A stretch of DNA of 64,000 nucleotides, from assembly GCA_944387385.1 (NCBI GenBank), contig CALXES010000001.1, positions 86,641 through 150,640 on the forward strand, in the 5' to 3' direction. Shown one piece after another: positions 48,858-59,043 of this stretch. The position numbers were made by a program, and so were the translations under genes. The notes beneath the pieces were generated by a model. That model made no database searches and was not told the origin of the DNA. It saw only the letters and a program-made list of their open reading frames with translations. The DNA is from an uncultured Clostridia bacterium (GTDB taxonomy: Bacteria; Bacillota; Clostridia; TANB77; CAG-465). Within the stretch, counting starts at the first letter, position 1; each line of letters begins with the position of its first letter.

Positions 48858-49664
48858 ATGGAAACAATTAGATTTACAGAAAGAAGAAAGACAACAAAAT
48901 GGCCTGCAATAATAGTTATGAGCTTTTTAATTATTGGTGGATGTTTTGTTGCTTATGCTATAAAAAATGAAGATAATCCGAGAATGTTAGGATTGTCTTC
49001 AGATGCAATTACAACGCAAAGCGATGGTTTAGAAGACGTTGGACAAACTGATGAAGAAAAATTGGCTCAAGCAATGAGTCTTAATTATGAAATAAAAGAT
49101 ATTAGTAGCGTTGATCAAAGTGTTAGTAACTTTGTTAGTAATATTCATTTACCAACAATATATGTAGATGGTAGAGAAATTGCAGATATTAATGCAAAAA
49201 TTCAAAGCGAATATGTAACTAGATTTGATAATTTAAAAGAACAAATGACACAAGCTGAAAGTAATTATTCTTTTAATGTAACTTATACTTATTTTGATAA
49301 TATTGTTGGACTTAGAAAAGTTGTATCAATGGTTATAACACAGCAAATAATAGATACAGATTCTCAAAAAGTTACATCTGAGAGAGTTACAACATATAAT
49401 GTTGATTTATCTTCAAAAACAGAACTTTCTCAGTCTGATGTTATAATAGATTTACTTGGAAAAGATTATAAAACAATATTAAAAGATCAAGTAAAGGACT
49501 ATATTATTAGTAATGGTTATGCAACAGAAGAAAATTATAATTATGAGATAACAGGACTTGAAAACTTTTATATTCAAGATTCAAAATTTCATATTGTATT
49601 TAATGGAGAATCAGATAATATAGCAAATACTACTGATGTAATTGATGTAGAAATTCAAATATAA
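48858..49664 (+). CDS. Membrane-anchored hypothetical protein (N-terminal TM, extracytoplasmic domain)
   Basis: 268 aa with a single TM segment [21 protein letters not shown]. No confident family call. Confidence 0.6.
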   Translation: METIRFTERRKTTKWPAIIVMSFLIIGGCFVAYAIKNEDNPRMLGLSSDAITTQSDGLEDVGQTDEEKLAQAMSLNYEIKDISSVDQSVSNFVSNIHLPTIYVDGREIADINAKIQSEYVTRFDNLKEQMTQAESNYSFNVTYTYFDNIVGLRKVVSMVITQQIIDTDSQKVTSERVTTYNVDLSSKTELSQSDVIIDLLGKDYKTILKDQVKDYIISNGYATEENYNYEITGLENFYIQDSKFHIVFNGESDNIANTTDVIDVEIQI

Positions 49665-49677
49665 GGAGGCAATAAAA

Positions 49678-51060
49678 ATGGTAGATTCAATGGAAAAAAT
49701 CGTTAACTTATGTAAAAATAGAGGAATTATTTATCCTGGTTCAGAAATATATGGAGGACTTGCAAATACTTGGGATTATGGTCCTTTGGGTTCAGAACTA
49801 GAAAATAATATAAAAGCTGCATGGAAAAAGAAGTTTATTCAAGAAAGCAAATATAATGTTGGACTTGATGCTGCAATACTTATGAATCCACAGACTTGGG
49901 TTGCATCAGGACATGTAGGAGGATTTAGTGATCCATTAATAGACTGTAAAGAATGTAAAACAAGACATAGAGCAGATAAGATGATTGAAGAATGGGCTCA
50001 TGAACAGGGAAATGATATGATTGCTGATGGAATGAGTGATGAGCAACTAGTTAATTTTATAAAAGACAATAATATTCCATGTCCAAAATGTGGTAAAACA
50101 AATTTTACAGATATAAGAAAGTTTAATTTAATGTTTAAAACATTTCAAGGTGTAACAGAGGATAATACAGCAACAATTTATCTTAGACCGGAAACAGCAC
50201 AAGGTATATTTGTAAATTATAAAAACGTAATGAGAACAACTAGAAGAAAGTTGCCAATGGGTATTGCACAAATTGGTAAAGCTTTTAGAAATGAAATAAC
50301 TCCAGGTAATTTTATATTTAGAACAAGAGAATTTGAACAAATGGAGCTTGAATTTTTCTGTAAACCTGGAACTGATTTAGAATGGCATGAATATTGGAAA
50401 AAATATTGTAAAGAATGGCTTTTAAATCTTGGAATGAAAGAAGATAATATAAGATTACGTAATCATTCTAAAGAGGAATTATCTCATTATAGTAATGCAA
50501 CAACAGATATTGAGTTTGCATTTCCTTTTGGATGGGGAGAATTATGGGGAATTGCTGATAGAACAAATTTTGATTTATCACAACACATGAAGTTTTCAGG
50601 AGAGGATATGACATATGTAGATCCTGAGACTAATGAAAAATATGTACCTTATTGTATTGAACCTTCACTTGGTGTTGGTAGAGTTGCACTTGCTTTTCTA
50701 TGTAATGCATATGAAGAAGAGAAAGTTTCAGAAGATGATACAAGAGTTGTATTACACTTACATCCATTTATAGCACCTATTAAAATTGCTGTATTACCTC
50801 TTTCAAAGAAATTAGCAGATGGTGCAAAAGAAGTTCAAGAAATGCTTTCTAAAAAATACATGGTAGATTATGACGAATCTCAAAGTATTGGTAAAAGATA
50901 TAGAAGACAAGATGAAATTGGTACACCATATTGTATAACTTATGACTTTGATTCATTAGAAGATAAATCAGTTACAATTAGAGATAGAGATACAATGGAA
51001 CAAGTAAGAGTTAAGATTGATGACTTAAATTCATGGTTTGAAGGTAAGTTTGATATATAA
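49678..51060 (+). CDS. glyQS: Glycine--tRNA ligase (alpha2 type)
   Basis: 460 aa. [14 protein letters not shown] and class II motif [34 protein letters not shown]. Confidence 0.95.
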   Translation: MVDSMEKIVNLCKNRGIIYPGSEIYGGLANTWDYGPLGSELENNIKAAWKKKFIQESKYNVGLDAAILMNPQTWVASGHVGGFSDPLIDCKECKTRHRADKMIEEWAHEQGNDMIADGMSDEQLVNFIKDNNIPCPKCGKTNFTDIRKFNLMFKTFQGVTEDNTATIYLRPETAQGIFVNYKNVMRTTRRKLPMGIAQIGKAFRNEITPGNFIFRTREFEQMELEFFCKPGTDLEWHEYWKKYCKEWLLNLGMKEDNIRLRNHSKEELSHYSNATTDIEFAFPFGWGELWGIADRTNFDLSQHMKFSGEDMTYVDPETNEKYVPYCIEPSLGVGRVALAFLCNAYEEEKVSEDDTRVVLHLHPFIAPIKIAVLPLSKKLADGAKEVQEMLSKKYMVDYDESQSIGKRYRRQDEIGTPYCITYDFDSLEDKSVTIRDRDTMEQVRVKIDDLNSWFEGKFDI

Positions 51061-51085
51061 TTTTATTATAAGGGGGAGATAAGTT

Positions 51086-51211
51086 ATGAAGTCAAGTACA
51101 AAAAATGATATAAGTGTAAAAAGAAAACTAGCTACTTATGTTATTATAGGAGTTCTAACATTTACAATGATCTTTTCTGTGTTTGCTGGTTTAGTTGCAG
51201 CAATTGGTTAG
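51086..51211 (+). CDS. Possible 41-aa single-TM peptide
   Basis: Below the track cutoff. AGGGGGAG RBS plus ATG. Translation: MKSSTKNDISVKRKLATYVIIGVLTFTMIFSVFAGLVAAIG. Sits directly upstream of cdaA. Confidence 0.45.
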   Translation: MKSSTKNDISVKRKLATYVIIGVLTFTMIFSVFAGLVAAIG

Positions 51212-51231
51212 AAAATAGGAGTGAGGATTAT

Positions 51232-52083
51232 ATGCAAAACATTATAAAATCCCTAGGTGAAATGTTAGATGTTATTATTAGAACTTTAGATTTAAGTAGT
51301 CCATTAAGGTATGTAATAACAGCAATAGATATTATATTAGTTATAACTTTAATAGTATATATTACTAAAATAATAAAAAAGACAAGAGCAGGGCAAATCG
51401 TAAAAGGTGTATTGTTACTTGCATTTATATATATTGTGGCAAAATTAAGTAATATGGTTGTTCTTACATTTTTATTAGATAATTTTATGTCTTATGGTAT
51501 TATTTTACTACTTATTGTTTTTCAACCAGAACTTAGAAATGTATTTGAAAAACTTGGTAGGAGTAAACTTGTAGATGTTTTTGATATGGATGATAATATT
51601 CTAGTAAAACATGCTATATCTGAGACGACAAAAGCGGTAGAAATAATGTCAATGAAGCAAATAGGGGCATTAATAGTATTTGAAAGAAATACTAAAGTAG
51701 CTGAGGTCTTAAAAGAAGGAATACCATTAAATGCTAAGGTTTCTTCTGAGCTTATTCAAAATATATTTATGCCAAGAACACCTCTTCATGATGGTGCAGT
51801 TGTTATATCTGGTTCTGAGATACTTGCAGCAAAATGTATATTACCTCTTGCATCTGAAGTATCCGTTCCAAAAAACTTAGGTACTAGACATAGAGCAGCT
51901 GTTGGTATAACTGAAATATCTGATGCTTTAGTTGTTGTAGTTTCAGAGGAAACAGGTACGATATCTCTTGCAGAGGGTGGAAAATTAATTAGAGACTTAA
52001 CAGCAGATTCTTTAAGAGATTTACTTGTAAAAAAATTAGATAGGACTAAAACTAATGTGATAAAAAACATTGTTAAAAAGTAA
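51232..52083 (+). CDS. cdaA: Diadenylate cyclase CdaA (membrane-bound, DisA_N domain)
   Basis: Three N-terminal TM segments. DGA (PLHDGAVVI) and GTRHRAA motifs. Confidence 0.93.
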   Translation: MQNIIKSLGEMLDVIIRTLDLSSPLRYVITAIDIILVITLIVYITKIIKKTRAGQIVKGVLLLAFIYIVAKLSNMVVLTFLLDNFMSYGIILLLIVFQPELRNVFEKLGRSKLVDVFDMDDNILVKHAISETTKAVEIMSMKQIGALIVFERNTKVAEVLKEGIPLNAKVSSELIQNIFMPRTPLHDGAVVISGSEILAAKCILPLASEVSVPKNLGTRHRAAVGITEISDALVVVVSEETGTISLAEGGKLIRDLTADSLRDLLVKKLDRTKTNVIKNIVKK

Positions 52084-52129
52084 TATTAATTTATACATAT
52101 TCATATATAACATTGAAAAGAGGTTATAT

Positions 52130-52936
52130 ATGAATATTCTTTTTATAGATAATTGTACATTAAAGAAGGATTTTTACAAAAAAAATAAATTAAATTTGAT
52201 ATTAAGCAAATTTGGATTTTGTTATTTTAAATTAAAAGGTGTTTTTTATATAAATATAAATGAAGAAAAACTTGAGAATAAGACTAATTTAAAATATTTT
52301 AAAAAGTTTTTAAAATATAAAATAAAGAATAAAAAAATTTATATTGCAATGAGTAGATACTTAGAGGAAAATAGTAATTTGAAAAAAATATTTAATACTT
52401 GTTTTAATAATCCTACTTTTGTTTCAATTCAAAATAATTTATATAATAATGATAAGAAGTATATTGATGATTATTTAATAAAAAATAAAATACAAATAAA
52501 AGATGTTCGAGTTTTATTAATAGTTGATGAATTAAATAAAAAGGAAAAGATAAAGTTAGAGGAAATGTTAGATAAGTATAAAATTGTTGACATTTATATG
52601 TTAAATCCATCAAATATTGCTAAAAATTATGTTTGTGAAATAAATAATCGATTAGGAAGTGTAGTCGAACTTCTTGACAAAATACCAAATGAATATTATA
52701 ATATATTCCTTGTGTTTTCAAAAAAATACAAGAATTCACAAAATAAATGCTCATTTATCTTAGACTACAATAATAGTGATTTAGATGTAAAGTCAAATAC
52801 TTATTTAATTTTTGAAGAAAATAAAAAACATTATGAAAAAATCTTTAATCAACTAGGTATGGATATATCTAGATATGAGAAGACAAAATTAGGTAAACTT
52901 TATATACTTGCAAGTGAATTGATACTTGACATATAG
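52130..52936 (+). CDS. Hypothetical Lys/Asn-rich protein in the position normally held by cdaR
   Basis: Track ORF trimmed to MNILFIDN after an AGAGG RBS. 268 aa with no TM segment and no YbbR-like repeats recognisable. Confidence 0.55.
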   Translation: MNILFIDNCTLKKDFYKKNKLNLILSKFGFCYFKLKGVFYININEEKLENKTNLKYFKKFLKYKIKNKKIYIAMSRYLEENSNLKKIFNTCFNNPTFVSIQNNLYNNDKKYIDDYLIKNKIQIKDVRVLLIVDELNKKEKIKLEEMLDKYKIVDIYMLNPSNIAKNYVCEINNRLGSVVELLDKIPNEYYNIFLVFSKKYKNSQNKCSFILDYNNSDLDVKSNTYLIFEENKKHYEKIFNQLGMDISRYEKTKLGKLYILASELILDI

Positions 52937-52973
52937 TGTATAATATTAGTGTTAAATTTTAGGAGGGATATTT

Positions 52974-53453
52974 ATGGAAGATAGAGAGATAATGTTAACG
53001 GAAGAAGGATATAAAAAATTAGTTGAAGAATTGCAATATTTAAAGGGACCTAGAAAAATGGAGGTCGCTGAAAGAATAAAAGTAGCTAGAGAATTTGGAG
53101 ATTTATCTGAAAACTCTGAATATGAAGAAGCTAAAAATGAACAAGCTTTACTTGAAGCAAAAATAGCTGAAATGGAAGCAACAATTAGAAAAGCTAAAGT
53201 TGTTGCAGATCATGAAATATCAACAGATGAAGCTGGAGTTGGAACACAAGTAACTGTTCACGATTATGAATTTGATGAAGAAGTTACATATAGCATTGTA
53301 GGAGCAACAGAAGTTAATGTCGCTGAAAACAAAATTTCAAACGAGTCTCCACTTGGAAGGGCTTTAATGGGTAAAAAGAAGGGTGAAGAATTTGAAGTTG
53401 AAACACCAGCAGGTATTGCAAAATATAAACTAGTTGATATTAAAAGAATATAA
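52974..53453 (+). CDS. greA: Transcription elongation factor GreA
   Basis: 159 aa. DLSENSEYEEAK motif. Confidence 0.95.
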   Translation: MEDREIMLTEEGYKKLVEELQYLKGPRKMEVAERIKVAREFGDLSENSEYEEAKNEQALLEAKIAEMEATIRKAKVVADHEISTDEAGVGTQVTVHDYEFDEEVTYSIVGATEVNVAENKISNESPLGRALMGKKKGEEFEVETPAGIAKYKLVDIKRI

Positions 53454-53473
53454 AAGTTTAGGAGTGAGCAAAT

Positions 53474-54979
53474 ATGGGAGATATTAGTGAATTAAAAAAA
53501 GTACGTTTAGAAAAGGAAGAAAAATTAAAAGAATTAGGGATTAACGTACATCCAGAAAGATATGAGATTACTCATAGTCTAAAAGATTCTAGAAATTTAC
53601 CAGATGGAACAAAAAACGTTAGAGTAGCAGGACGAGTTATGTCTAAAAGAAAAATGGGAAAAATTAGCTTTATGGATTTAAGAGACATTGAAGGAAAAAT
53701 ACAATTAGTATTTAAAAGAGACGATATAGGTGAAGATACATATAAGCTATTACATTCAACAGTAGATATAGGAGACTTTATTGGAGTAGAAGGAGAAATT
53801 TTTACAACTCAAGCTGGTGAAAAATCTATTCAAGTACAAAAGTATGAGTTTTTAGGTAAAGCAATAAGACCTCTACCAGAGAAATTTCATGGAATTTCAA
53901 ATCAAGAGATGCTATATAGAGAAAGACATTTAGATTTAATTATGAATGATGAGACAAAGAAAAGATTCTTGCTTAGATCTAATTTTATAAAATTGATGAG
54001 AGAATTTTTATGGAATAAAGGATTTATTGAAGTTGATACACCAGTTTTACAAAACACACCATCTGGAGCAACAGCTAGACCTTTTATTACACATCATAAT
54101 ACATATGATGCAGATGTGTATTTAAGAATATCTCCAGAGCTAACTTTAAAGAAATTAGTTGTAGGTGGATTTACTAATGTTTTTGAAATTGCTAGAGATT
54201 TTAGAAACGAAGGTATAAGTGTCAACCATTTACAAGACTTTACAATGGTTGAAGGATATAGTGCATATTATAATTATAAAGATAATATGAAACTAATGAG
54301 AGAAATGATAATTTATATAATTGGTGAGTTATTTGACGGAAATTTAGTTGTAAATATTAGCGGAAAAGATATTGATTTTGGAGCAGAATGGGACGAGGTA
54401 TCATTTAGAGACTTGTTAATTAAAGACTGTGGAATTGATATTAATGATTTTCCTACAGCTAAAGACTTACTTGCAGAAATAAGAAATAGAAATATTCAAC
54501 TTGAAGATGAAAATATTGAAAATCTTGGAAGAGGAAATTTAATTGATTTATTATATAAAAAGGTAAGTAGACCATATATAATTAAACCAACATTTTTAAC
54601 AGGACATCCTATTGATTTGTCTCCACTTGCAAGAAGTAATGATGATAATCCATCAATAACAGATAGATTCCAACTTATAGTAAATGGTCAAGAGATAATT
54701 AATGGATATTCAGAGCTTGTTGACTCAGAAGAACAAGAAAAGAGATTTATTGAACAAAATACATTAAAAGAAAATGGCGATGAAGAAGCCATGAGTATAG
54801 ATCATGAGTACATAAAAGCAATGGAATATGGAATGCCTCCAATTTCTGGTTGGGGACTTGGAATAGATAGATTTTTACAATTCTTAACAAGTAGTTATAA
54901 TATTAGAGATGTAGTATTATATCCACTTTTAAAAAGAAGAGAAAATGTTGAAGAAGATGACACTGAACTAGAAGAATAG
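53474..54979 (+). CDS. lysS: Lysine--tRNA ligase (class II)
   Basis: 501 aa. OB-fold N-domain, FRNEGIS motif 2 and GLGIDR motif 3. Confidence 0.95.
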   Translation: MGDISELKKVRLEKEEKLKELGINVHPERYEITHSLKDSRNLPDGTKNVRVAGRVMSKRKMGKISFMDLRDIEGKIQLVFKRDDIGEDTYKLLHSTVDIGDFIGVEGEIFTTQAGEKSIQVQKYEFLGKAIRPLPEKFHGISNQEMLYRERHLDLIMNDETKKRFLLRSNFIKLMREFLWNKGFIEVDTPVLQNTPSGATARPFITHHNTYDADVYLRISPELTLKKLVVGGFTNVFEIARDFRNEGISVNHLQDFTMVEGYSAYYNYKDNMKLMREMIIYIIGELFDGNLVVNISGKDIDFGAEWDEVSFRDLLIKDCGIDINDFPTAKDLLAEIRNRNIQLEDENIENLGRGNLIDLLYKKVSRPYIIKPTFLTGHPIDLSPLARSNDDNPSITDRFQLIVNGQEIINGYSELVDSEEQEKRFIEQNTLKENGDEEAMSIDHEYIKAMEYGMPPISGWGLGIDRFLQFLTSSYNIRDVVLYPLLKRRENVEEDDTELEE

Positions 54980-54999
54980 ATTAAAATAAGAAAAAAATG

Positions 55000-55035
55000 A
55001 AGCTCAGATTGCAAAGCAATTTGAGCTTATTTTTC
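55000..55035 (+). terminator. Rho-independent terminator after lysS
   Basis: 13-bp stem AAGCTCAGATTGC / GCAATTTGAGCTT (one G-U pair), loop AAA, T-run. Confidence 0.85.
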
Positions 55036-55113
55036 TTTAAAATAAGACTTTTTTTAAAATTGACTTTATTATTTATTTATGATATTATTAGTAACGTAAA
55101 AAGGAGAATTAAT

Positions 55114-55899
55114 ATGAATATAAAGAATAAAGAAAATAGAAAAAAAGAAAGAATAGAAATACCTTTTAAAGATATAAATGATGATTTTTCCAAAGATATT
55201 GAAGAGAGAAAAAGAATTATAATTTTGGTAGAACATTCAAAAAGTTATGCAAAAGAATATGCCTTTAAAACATATATAAATAAGAGATTCCAATTTAAAG
55301 GAAATAAATATACTGTAGCTGTAGCTCATTTAGATTTTATTGATGTAGATAAATTAAAACCATCAAGTGTTATAGATATATTAAAAGAAGATTTAAATAA
55401 AGTATATGATGAATTTAAAGCAAGTCATCCTAATGTTTTACTTGAAAAAGCTTTTTCGTTTAATTATGCTTTAGATTATAGTGAAAAGACTCAAAAAGGT
55501 GAAATAATGACTATAACTTTAATGAGAGTTACAAATGAGTACTCAAGAGTTCAGTTTTCACCAATAGTAAGTATTTCAAAAGAACAATATAATATGTTGA
55601 TGGGAAAAGATGATACACAAGAAGGCAGATTGTTATATGATATTATCACAGAAAAGAGAATGGGAATTGAACAATTTGGTCTTATAGGATACTTAACAAA
55701 TGGTAAATTTAAAACCTATAATATGTATATGGAAGCTCTTTCAGATTTAATACCAGAATATAAAAATGAGGAAAAATTTAGGCCGAAGCTTTTAGAATAT
55801 AAAAACTATAGAACATCTAAAAGTGCATATTTGTTTTCAATTAAAACAGAAGAAGAAAAGCAAAAACATATAGAAGAATCTAATGAATCTATAGTATAA
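55114..55899 (+). CDS. Hypothetical protein
   Basis: Track ORF 54997-55899 trimmed to MNIKNKEN after an AAGGAG RBS, because the upstream part overlaps the lysS terminator. No motif recognised. Confidence 0.6.
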   Translation: MNIKNKENRKKERIEIPFKDINDDFSKDIEERKRIIILVEHSKSYAKEYAFKTYINKRFQFKGNKYTVAVAHLDFIDVDKLKPSSVIDILKEDLNKVYDEFKASHPNVLLEKAFSFNYALDYSEKTQKGEIMTITLMRVTNEYSRVQFSPIVSISKEQYNMLMGKDDTQEGRLLYDIITEKRMGIEQFGLIGYLTNGKFKTYNMYMEALSDLIPEYKNEEKFRPKLLEYKNYRTSKSAYLFSIKTEEEKQKHIEESNESIV

Positions 55900-55902
55900 A
55901 AA

Positions 55903-55932
55903 ATAGAGGTAGAATTAAATTTCTACCTCTAT
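55903..55932. terminator. Bidirectional terminator between convergent genes
   Basis: Perfect 12-bp stem ATAGAGGTAGAA / TTCTACCTCTAT. Confidence 0.8.
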
Positions 55933-56819
55933 TTCTTTATTTTTATAATGTTTACAGCACTTTTTATAATTTGAGCTCTAATTCTATTTGTATAAATTAT
56001 TTCACCATCAATACTTAGTGGAAATTTCCTATTTGAAACAATCGATACAGAAGTAATATTATCATTTATATTGGCCAGCTTAAGATTTTCATGTTTACAT
56101 TTTTTATATTTTGGCAAAAGTATTATTTTTGTAAAAAGAGAAGTTGGACCTACTGCACAAACACTAAGTTTTCCATCATCTGCAACAGAGTTAGGACATG
56201 GTATGATTCCTCCTCCATAGTATCTTGCATTTGATACAGCAACTAGCGTGAACTTATTTTTTATTACGTACTCATTTGTTTTAATTCTAAGCTTATAATT
56301 TCTATTAAAAAACAACGTATATAGTATAGCTAAATTATATTTAGCTGTTCCAGATATAAGTGGTATCCATCTAAATTTATTCATATTGTATGCAACAAGA
56401 GCATCAAATCCAGCATTTAGTATGTTTATGCAATATCTATTTCCACTTAATTTCATTACGTCTACTTTTGTAGGTTTTTCGTTTATCGAATTGATTATTA
56501 TTTTTCTTAAAGATGAGTATTCGTTAATGTATCTTGAAAAATCATTACCAGTCCCACAAGGTAGAACAACAATTTCTGAGTCAGTATTAACAATGCCAGA
56601 TACTATTTCATTTAGTGTTCCATCTCCACCTATACAATAAAATCTTGTCTTTTGCTTATTAGAAATTTCATATGATAGTTTTTTCAGTTCTCCTGAATAA
56701 GTAGAGGAGATTATACTTGATTCTATATTATATTTTTTTAATAGCTTTTGTACAATTATAGCATGCTTAAATCCATTTTTTCTTCCGGAAATTGGATTAA
56801 CCATTATTATGTGCTTCAT
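55929..56819 (-). CDS. dagK: Diacylglycerol/lipid kinase (YegS/DagK family)
   Basis: Track ORF trimmed to MKHIIMVNPISG after a GGAGG RBS. GGDGTLNE and PCGTGNDF motifs. Confidence 0.88.
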   Translation of the reverse strand: MKHIIMVNPISGRKNGFKHAIIVQKLLKKYNIESSIISSTYSGELKKLSYEISNKQKTRFYCIGGDGTLNEIVSGIVNTDSEIVVLPCGTGNDFSRYINEYSSLRKIIINSINEKPTKVDVMKLSGNRYCINILNAGFDALVAYNMNKFRWIPLISGTAKYNLAILYTLFFNRNYKLRIKTNEYVIKNKFTLVAVSNARYYGGGIIPCPNSVADDGKLSVCAVGPTSLFTKIILLPKYKKCKHENLKLANINDNITSVSIVSNRKFPLSIDGEIIYTNRIRAQIIKSAVNIIKIKK

Positions 56820-56930
56820 AATGACCTCCACTTAAATTATACCATTTTAAAATGTATTTAACAAGAACATAAATTGACAATGTATATTTGTGATGATATA
56901 ATTTTCTAAGTATGAAGGAGAATTTATGAT

Positions 56931-57437
56931 ATGAAAAGAATTGATAAAGTAAATTATTATTTAGAAATTGCTGATACTGTACTAAAAAGAGGTACTTGCT
57001 TAAGAAGAAACTATGGTGCAGTTATTGTTAAAAATGATGAAATAATATCTACTGGATATACAGGAGCGCCAAGAGGAAGAACAAATTGTATTGATCTTGG
57101 ATATTGTGCAAGAGAAAAATTAAATATAAAAAGTGGAGAAAAATATGAGTTATGTAGATCTGTACATGCAGAGCAGAATGCTGTTATATCTGCAGCAAGA
57201 AAAGACACTTTAGGATCTACTATGTATATGGTTGGTAGAGATGCTAAAACAGGAGAGTTAGTTGATTATATTGATTCATGTAGCATGTGTAAAAGAGTAG
57301 TTATAAATGCGGGAATAGATAAAGTAATTGTAAAAGATAAGTCTTCTAATGATGGATATAGAGTAATAAATGTACAAGACTGGATAGACTATGATGAAGT
57401 ATTAGAAGAGAAAGTAAAAAAAATAGTGGAGGAGTAA
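56931..57437 (+). CDS. comEB: dCMP deaminase (ComEB-type cytidine/deoxycytidylate deaminase)
   Basis: HAEQNA zinc motif and CSMCKRVV. Confidence 0.88.
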   Translation: MKRIDKVNYYLEIADTVLKRGTCLRRNYGAVIVKNDEIISTGYTGAPRGRTNCIDLGYCAREKLNIKSGEKYELCRSVHAEQNAVISAARKDTLGSTMYMVGRDAKTGELVDYIDSCSMCKRVVINAGIDKVIVKDKSSNDGYRVINVQDWIDYDEVLEEKVKKIVEE

Positions 57438-57439
57438 AG

Positions 57440-57955
57440 ATGGCTTTAAATATTGTATTAGTAGAACCAGAAATTGCAGTAAATGCAGGAAATATAGCAA
57501 GAACATGTGCAGCTATTGGAGCAAAACTTCATATGGTAAAACCATATGGGTTTGATACATCTGATGCAGCAGTTAAAAAACATATGAAAAGAGCAGGTCT
57601 TGATTATTGGGACAAAGTAGATATAATTGAATATGAAAATTTAGATGATTTTAAAGAAAAAACTAAAGGAAAAAAATTATATTTGCTATCTACAAAGTCT
57701 AAGAAATGCTATACAGATGTAAGATATGAGGATGAGGCATATTTAGTTTTTGGGCCTGAAACTAGAGGTTTACCAGAAGATTTTATACTTGAGAATTTTG
57801 ATAATGCTGCAAGAATTCCAATGAGAGATATAATTCGTTCTTTGAATTTATCTAATGCAGTAGCAATAGTTGCATATGAAGCAGAAAGGCAATTAAAATA
57901 TGCAAATTTGTTAGAACAGAGTCCTTATTTTGACGAAAAATTAAAAATAGAATAA
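57440..57955 (+). CDS. trmL: tRNA (cytidine/uridine34-2'-O)-methyltransferase TrmL (SpoU/TrmH family)
   Basis: 171 aa. NAGNIARTC, LVFGPETRGLP and SLNLSNAVAIVAYE motifs. Confidence 0.9.
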   Translation: MALNIVLVEPEIAVNAGNIARTCAAIGAKLHMVKPYGFDTSDAAVKKHMKRAGLDYWDKVDIIEYENLDDFKEKTKGKKLYLLSTKSKKCYTDVRYEDEAYLVFGPETRGLPEDFILENFDNAARIPMRDIIRSLNLSNAVAIVAYEAERQLKYANLLEQSPYFDEKLKIE

Positions 57956-57962
57956 ATTGTTC

Positions 57963-57991
57963 TTGACAACATTTAACTAATAGTGTATAAT
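57963..57991 (+). promoter_or_regulatory. tRNA promoter (perfect sigma-A consensus)
   Basis: TTGACA, 17 nt, TATAAT, about 45 nt upstream of the tRNA. Confidence 0.8.
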
Positions 57992-58036
57992 AATTCACGT
58001 AGCTTGAAACTAAAAGATGGTTTTTAAGTTACACAT

Positions 58037-58113
58037 GGCGGCATAGCTTAGTTGGCTAGAGCGTTCGGTTCATACCCGAAAGGTCACAGGTTCGACTCCC
58101 GTTGCCGCTACCA
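58037..58113 (+). tRNA. tRNA-Met (anticodon CAU), elongator type, CCA-encoded
   Basis: 77-nt cloverleaf folded by hand: acceptor GGCGGCA/TGCCGCT, D-arm GCTT/GAGC, anticodon arm TTCGG-TTCATAC-CCGAA. The T-arm is ACAGG-TTCGACT-CCCGT with one A-C mismatch. Close to the B. subtilis elongator tRNA-Met as I recall it. It lacks the initiator 1:72 mismatch. A lysidine-modified tRNA-Ile2 cannot be fully excluded. Confidence 0.88.
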
Positions 58114-58117
58114 ATTT

Positions 58118-58147
58118 AACTAGACATATATGTCTAGTTTTTTTTGT
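58118..58147 (+). terminator. Rho-independent terminator after the tRNA
   Basis: 9-bp stem AACTAGACA / TGTCTAGTT, loop TATA, T8. Confidence 0.85.
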
Positions 58148-58262
58148 TTTTTTGAATTATTATCTTTTTTATTTTTATATTAGATGATATAATTAACTAA
58201 ACTAAACATTAATTTTAAATAAAGATGTAATATATATAAAATAATATAGATTGGAGGTAAAA

Positions 58263-58418
58263 ATGTATAAAACAGTTGTTATAGAGTATTCACCAAAAAC
58301 AGATGATATGGCTCAAAAAATAGAAGAAAAAGCTAATAAAATGTTACAAGATGGATATGAATTAGTTACTATGTCAATTACAGGAACAGCAAAAGCAATT
58401 CTAGTATTTAAAAGCTAA
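58263..58418 (+). CDS. Small protein (51 aa), DUF4177-like
   Basis: Below the track cutoff. GGAGG RBS plus ATG. Translation: MYKTVVIEYSPKTDDMAQKIEEKANKMLQDGYELVTMSITGTAKAILVFKS. Confidence 0.5.
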   Translation: MYKTVVIEYSPKTDDMAQKIEEKANKMLQDGYELVTMSITGTAKAILVFKS

Positions 58419-58439
58419 ATATGAGATGTGGAGGATACT

Positions 58440-58967
58440 ATGAAAAATATTATAATATATGGTTCTCATTATGGAACTACAAAACAATATGCTGATGAAC
58501 TTTCAAAAAAAACTAATATTAATTCAATTTCTTTTGAAAAGGTTAGTCATGTAAACGATTATGATAACATTATTTATATTGGTGGTTTGTATGCAGGTGG
58601 AGTATTAGGTATGTCTAAAACGTTAAAGAAAATAAATAATATATCAAACAAAAAGATTATCATAGTAACAGTAGGTCTTGCAGATCCAACAGATAAAATA
58701 AATATAAGTAATATTAGAAATAATATAAAAAATCAAATTTCAAGAGATATTTTTGAAAAAGCAAAAATATTTCATTTAAGGGGTGGAATTGACTATTCAA
58801 AGTTAAATTTTGCACATAAAACTATGATGAAATTACTTTATAATGCCGTTAAAAATCTACCAGAAGAAAAGCAAACACCTGAAGATAGAGCAATGATAGA
58901 AACTTATAATAAAAAAGTTAATTTTATTGATTTTTCCGGTTTAGATAAGATAATTAATGAAATATAA
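58440..58967 (+). CDS. Flavodoxin-domain protein
   Basis: Trimmed to MKNIIIYGSHYGTTKQYA after a GGAGG RBS. This N-terminus is a typical flavodoxin-like FMN-binding loop. Confidence 0.75.
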   Translation: MKNIIIYGSHYGTTKQYADELSKKTNINSISFEKVSHVNDYDNIIYIGGLYAGGVLGMSKTLKKINNISNKKIIIVTVGLADPTDKINISNIRNNIKNQISRDIFEKAKIFHLRGGIDYSKLNFAHKTMMKLLYNAVKNLPEEKQTPEDRAMIETYNKKVNFIDFSGLDKIINEI

Positions 58968-59043
58968 AAGTAAGAGAAAAAGTTATAATAACAAAATTTT
59001 TAATAATAAAATTTCATTAGTATTTTTGTTACCAATGAAATAA

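Noticed and set aside
1090-55113. Long N-terminal extensions offered by the ORF track for stp (1090), rho (15388), the rluA-like gene (28399), the post-cdaA gene (52070), the post-lysS hypothetical (54997) and others.
   Set aside because: The extensions overlap upstream genes or terminators, lack an RBS and encode junk-like sequence. In each case an internal ATG with a GGAGG-type RBS 6-10 nt upstream matches the expected protein N-terminus.
58037-58113. Whether the CAU-anticodon tRNA is the initiator tRNA-fMet.
   Set aside because: Position 1:72 is a G-U pair rather than the C-A mismatch of bacterial initiators, and the anticodon stem starts with C29-G41 rather than the G29-G30-G31 run. The sequence resembles elongator tRNA-Met. 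A tRNA-Ile2 (lysidine) identity cannot be excluded without a classifier.
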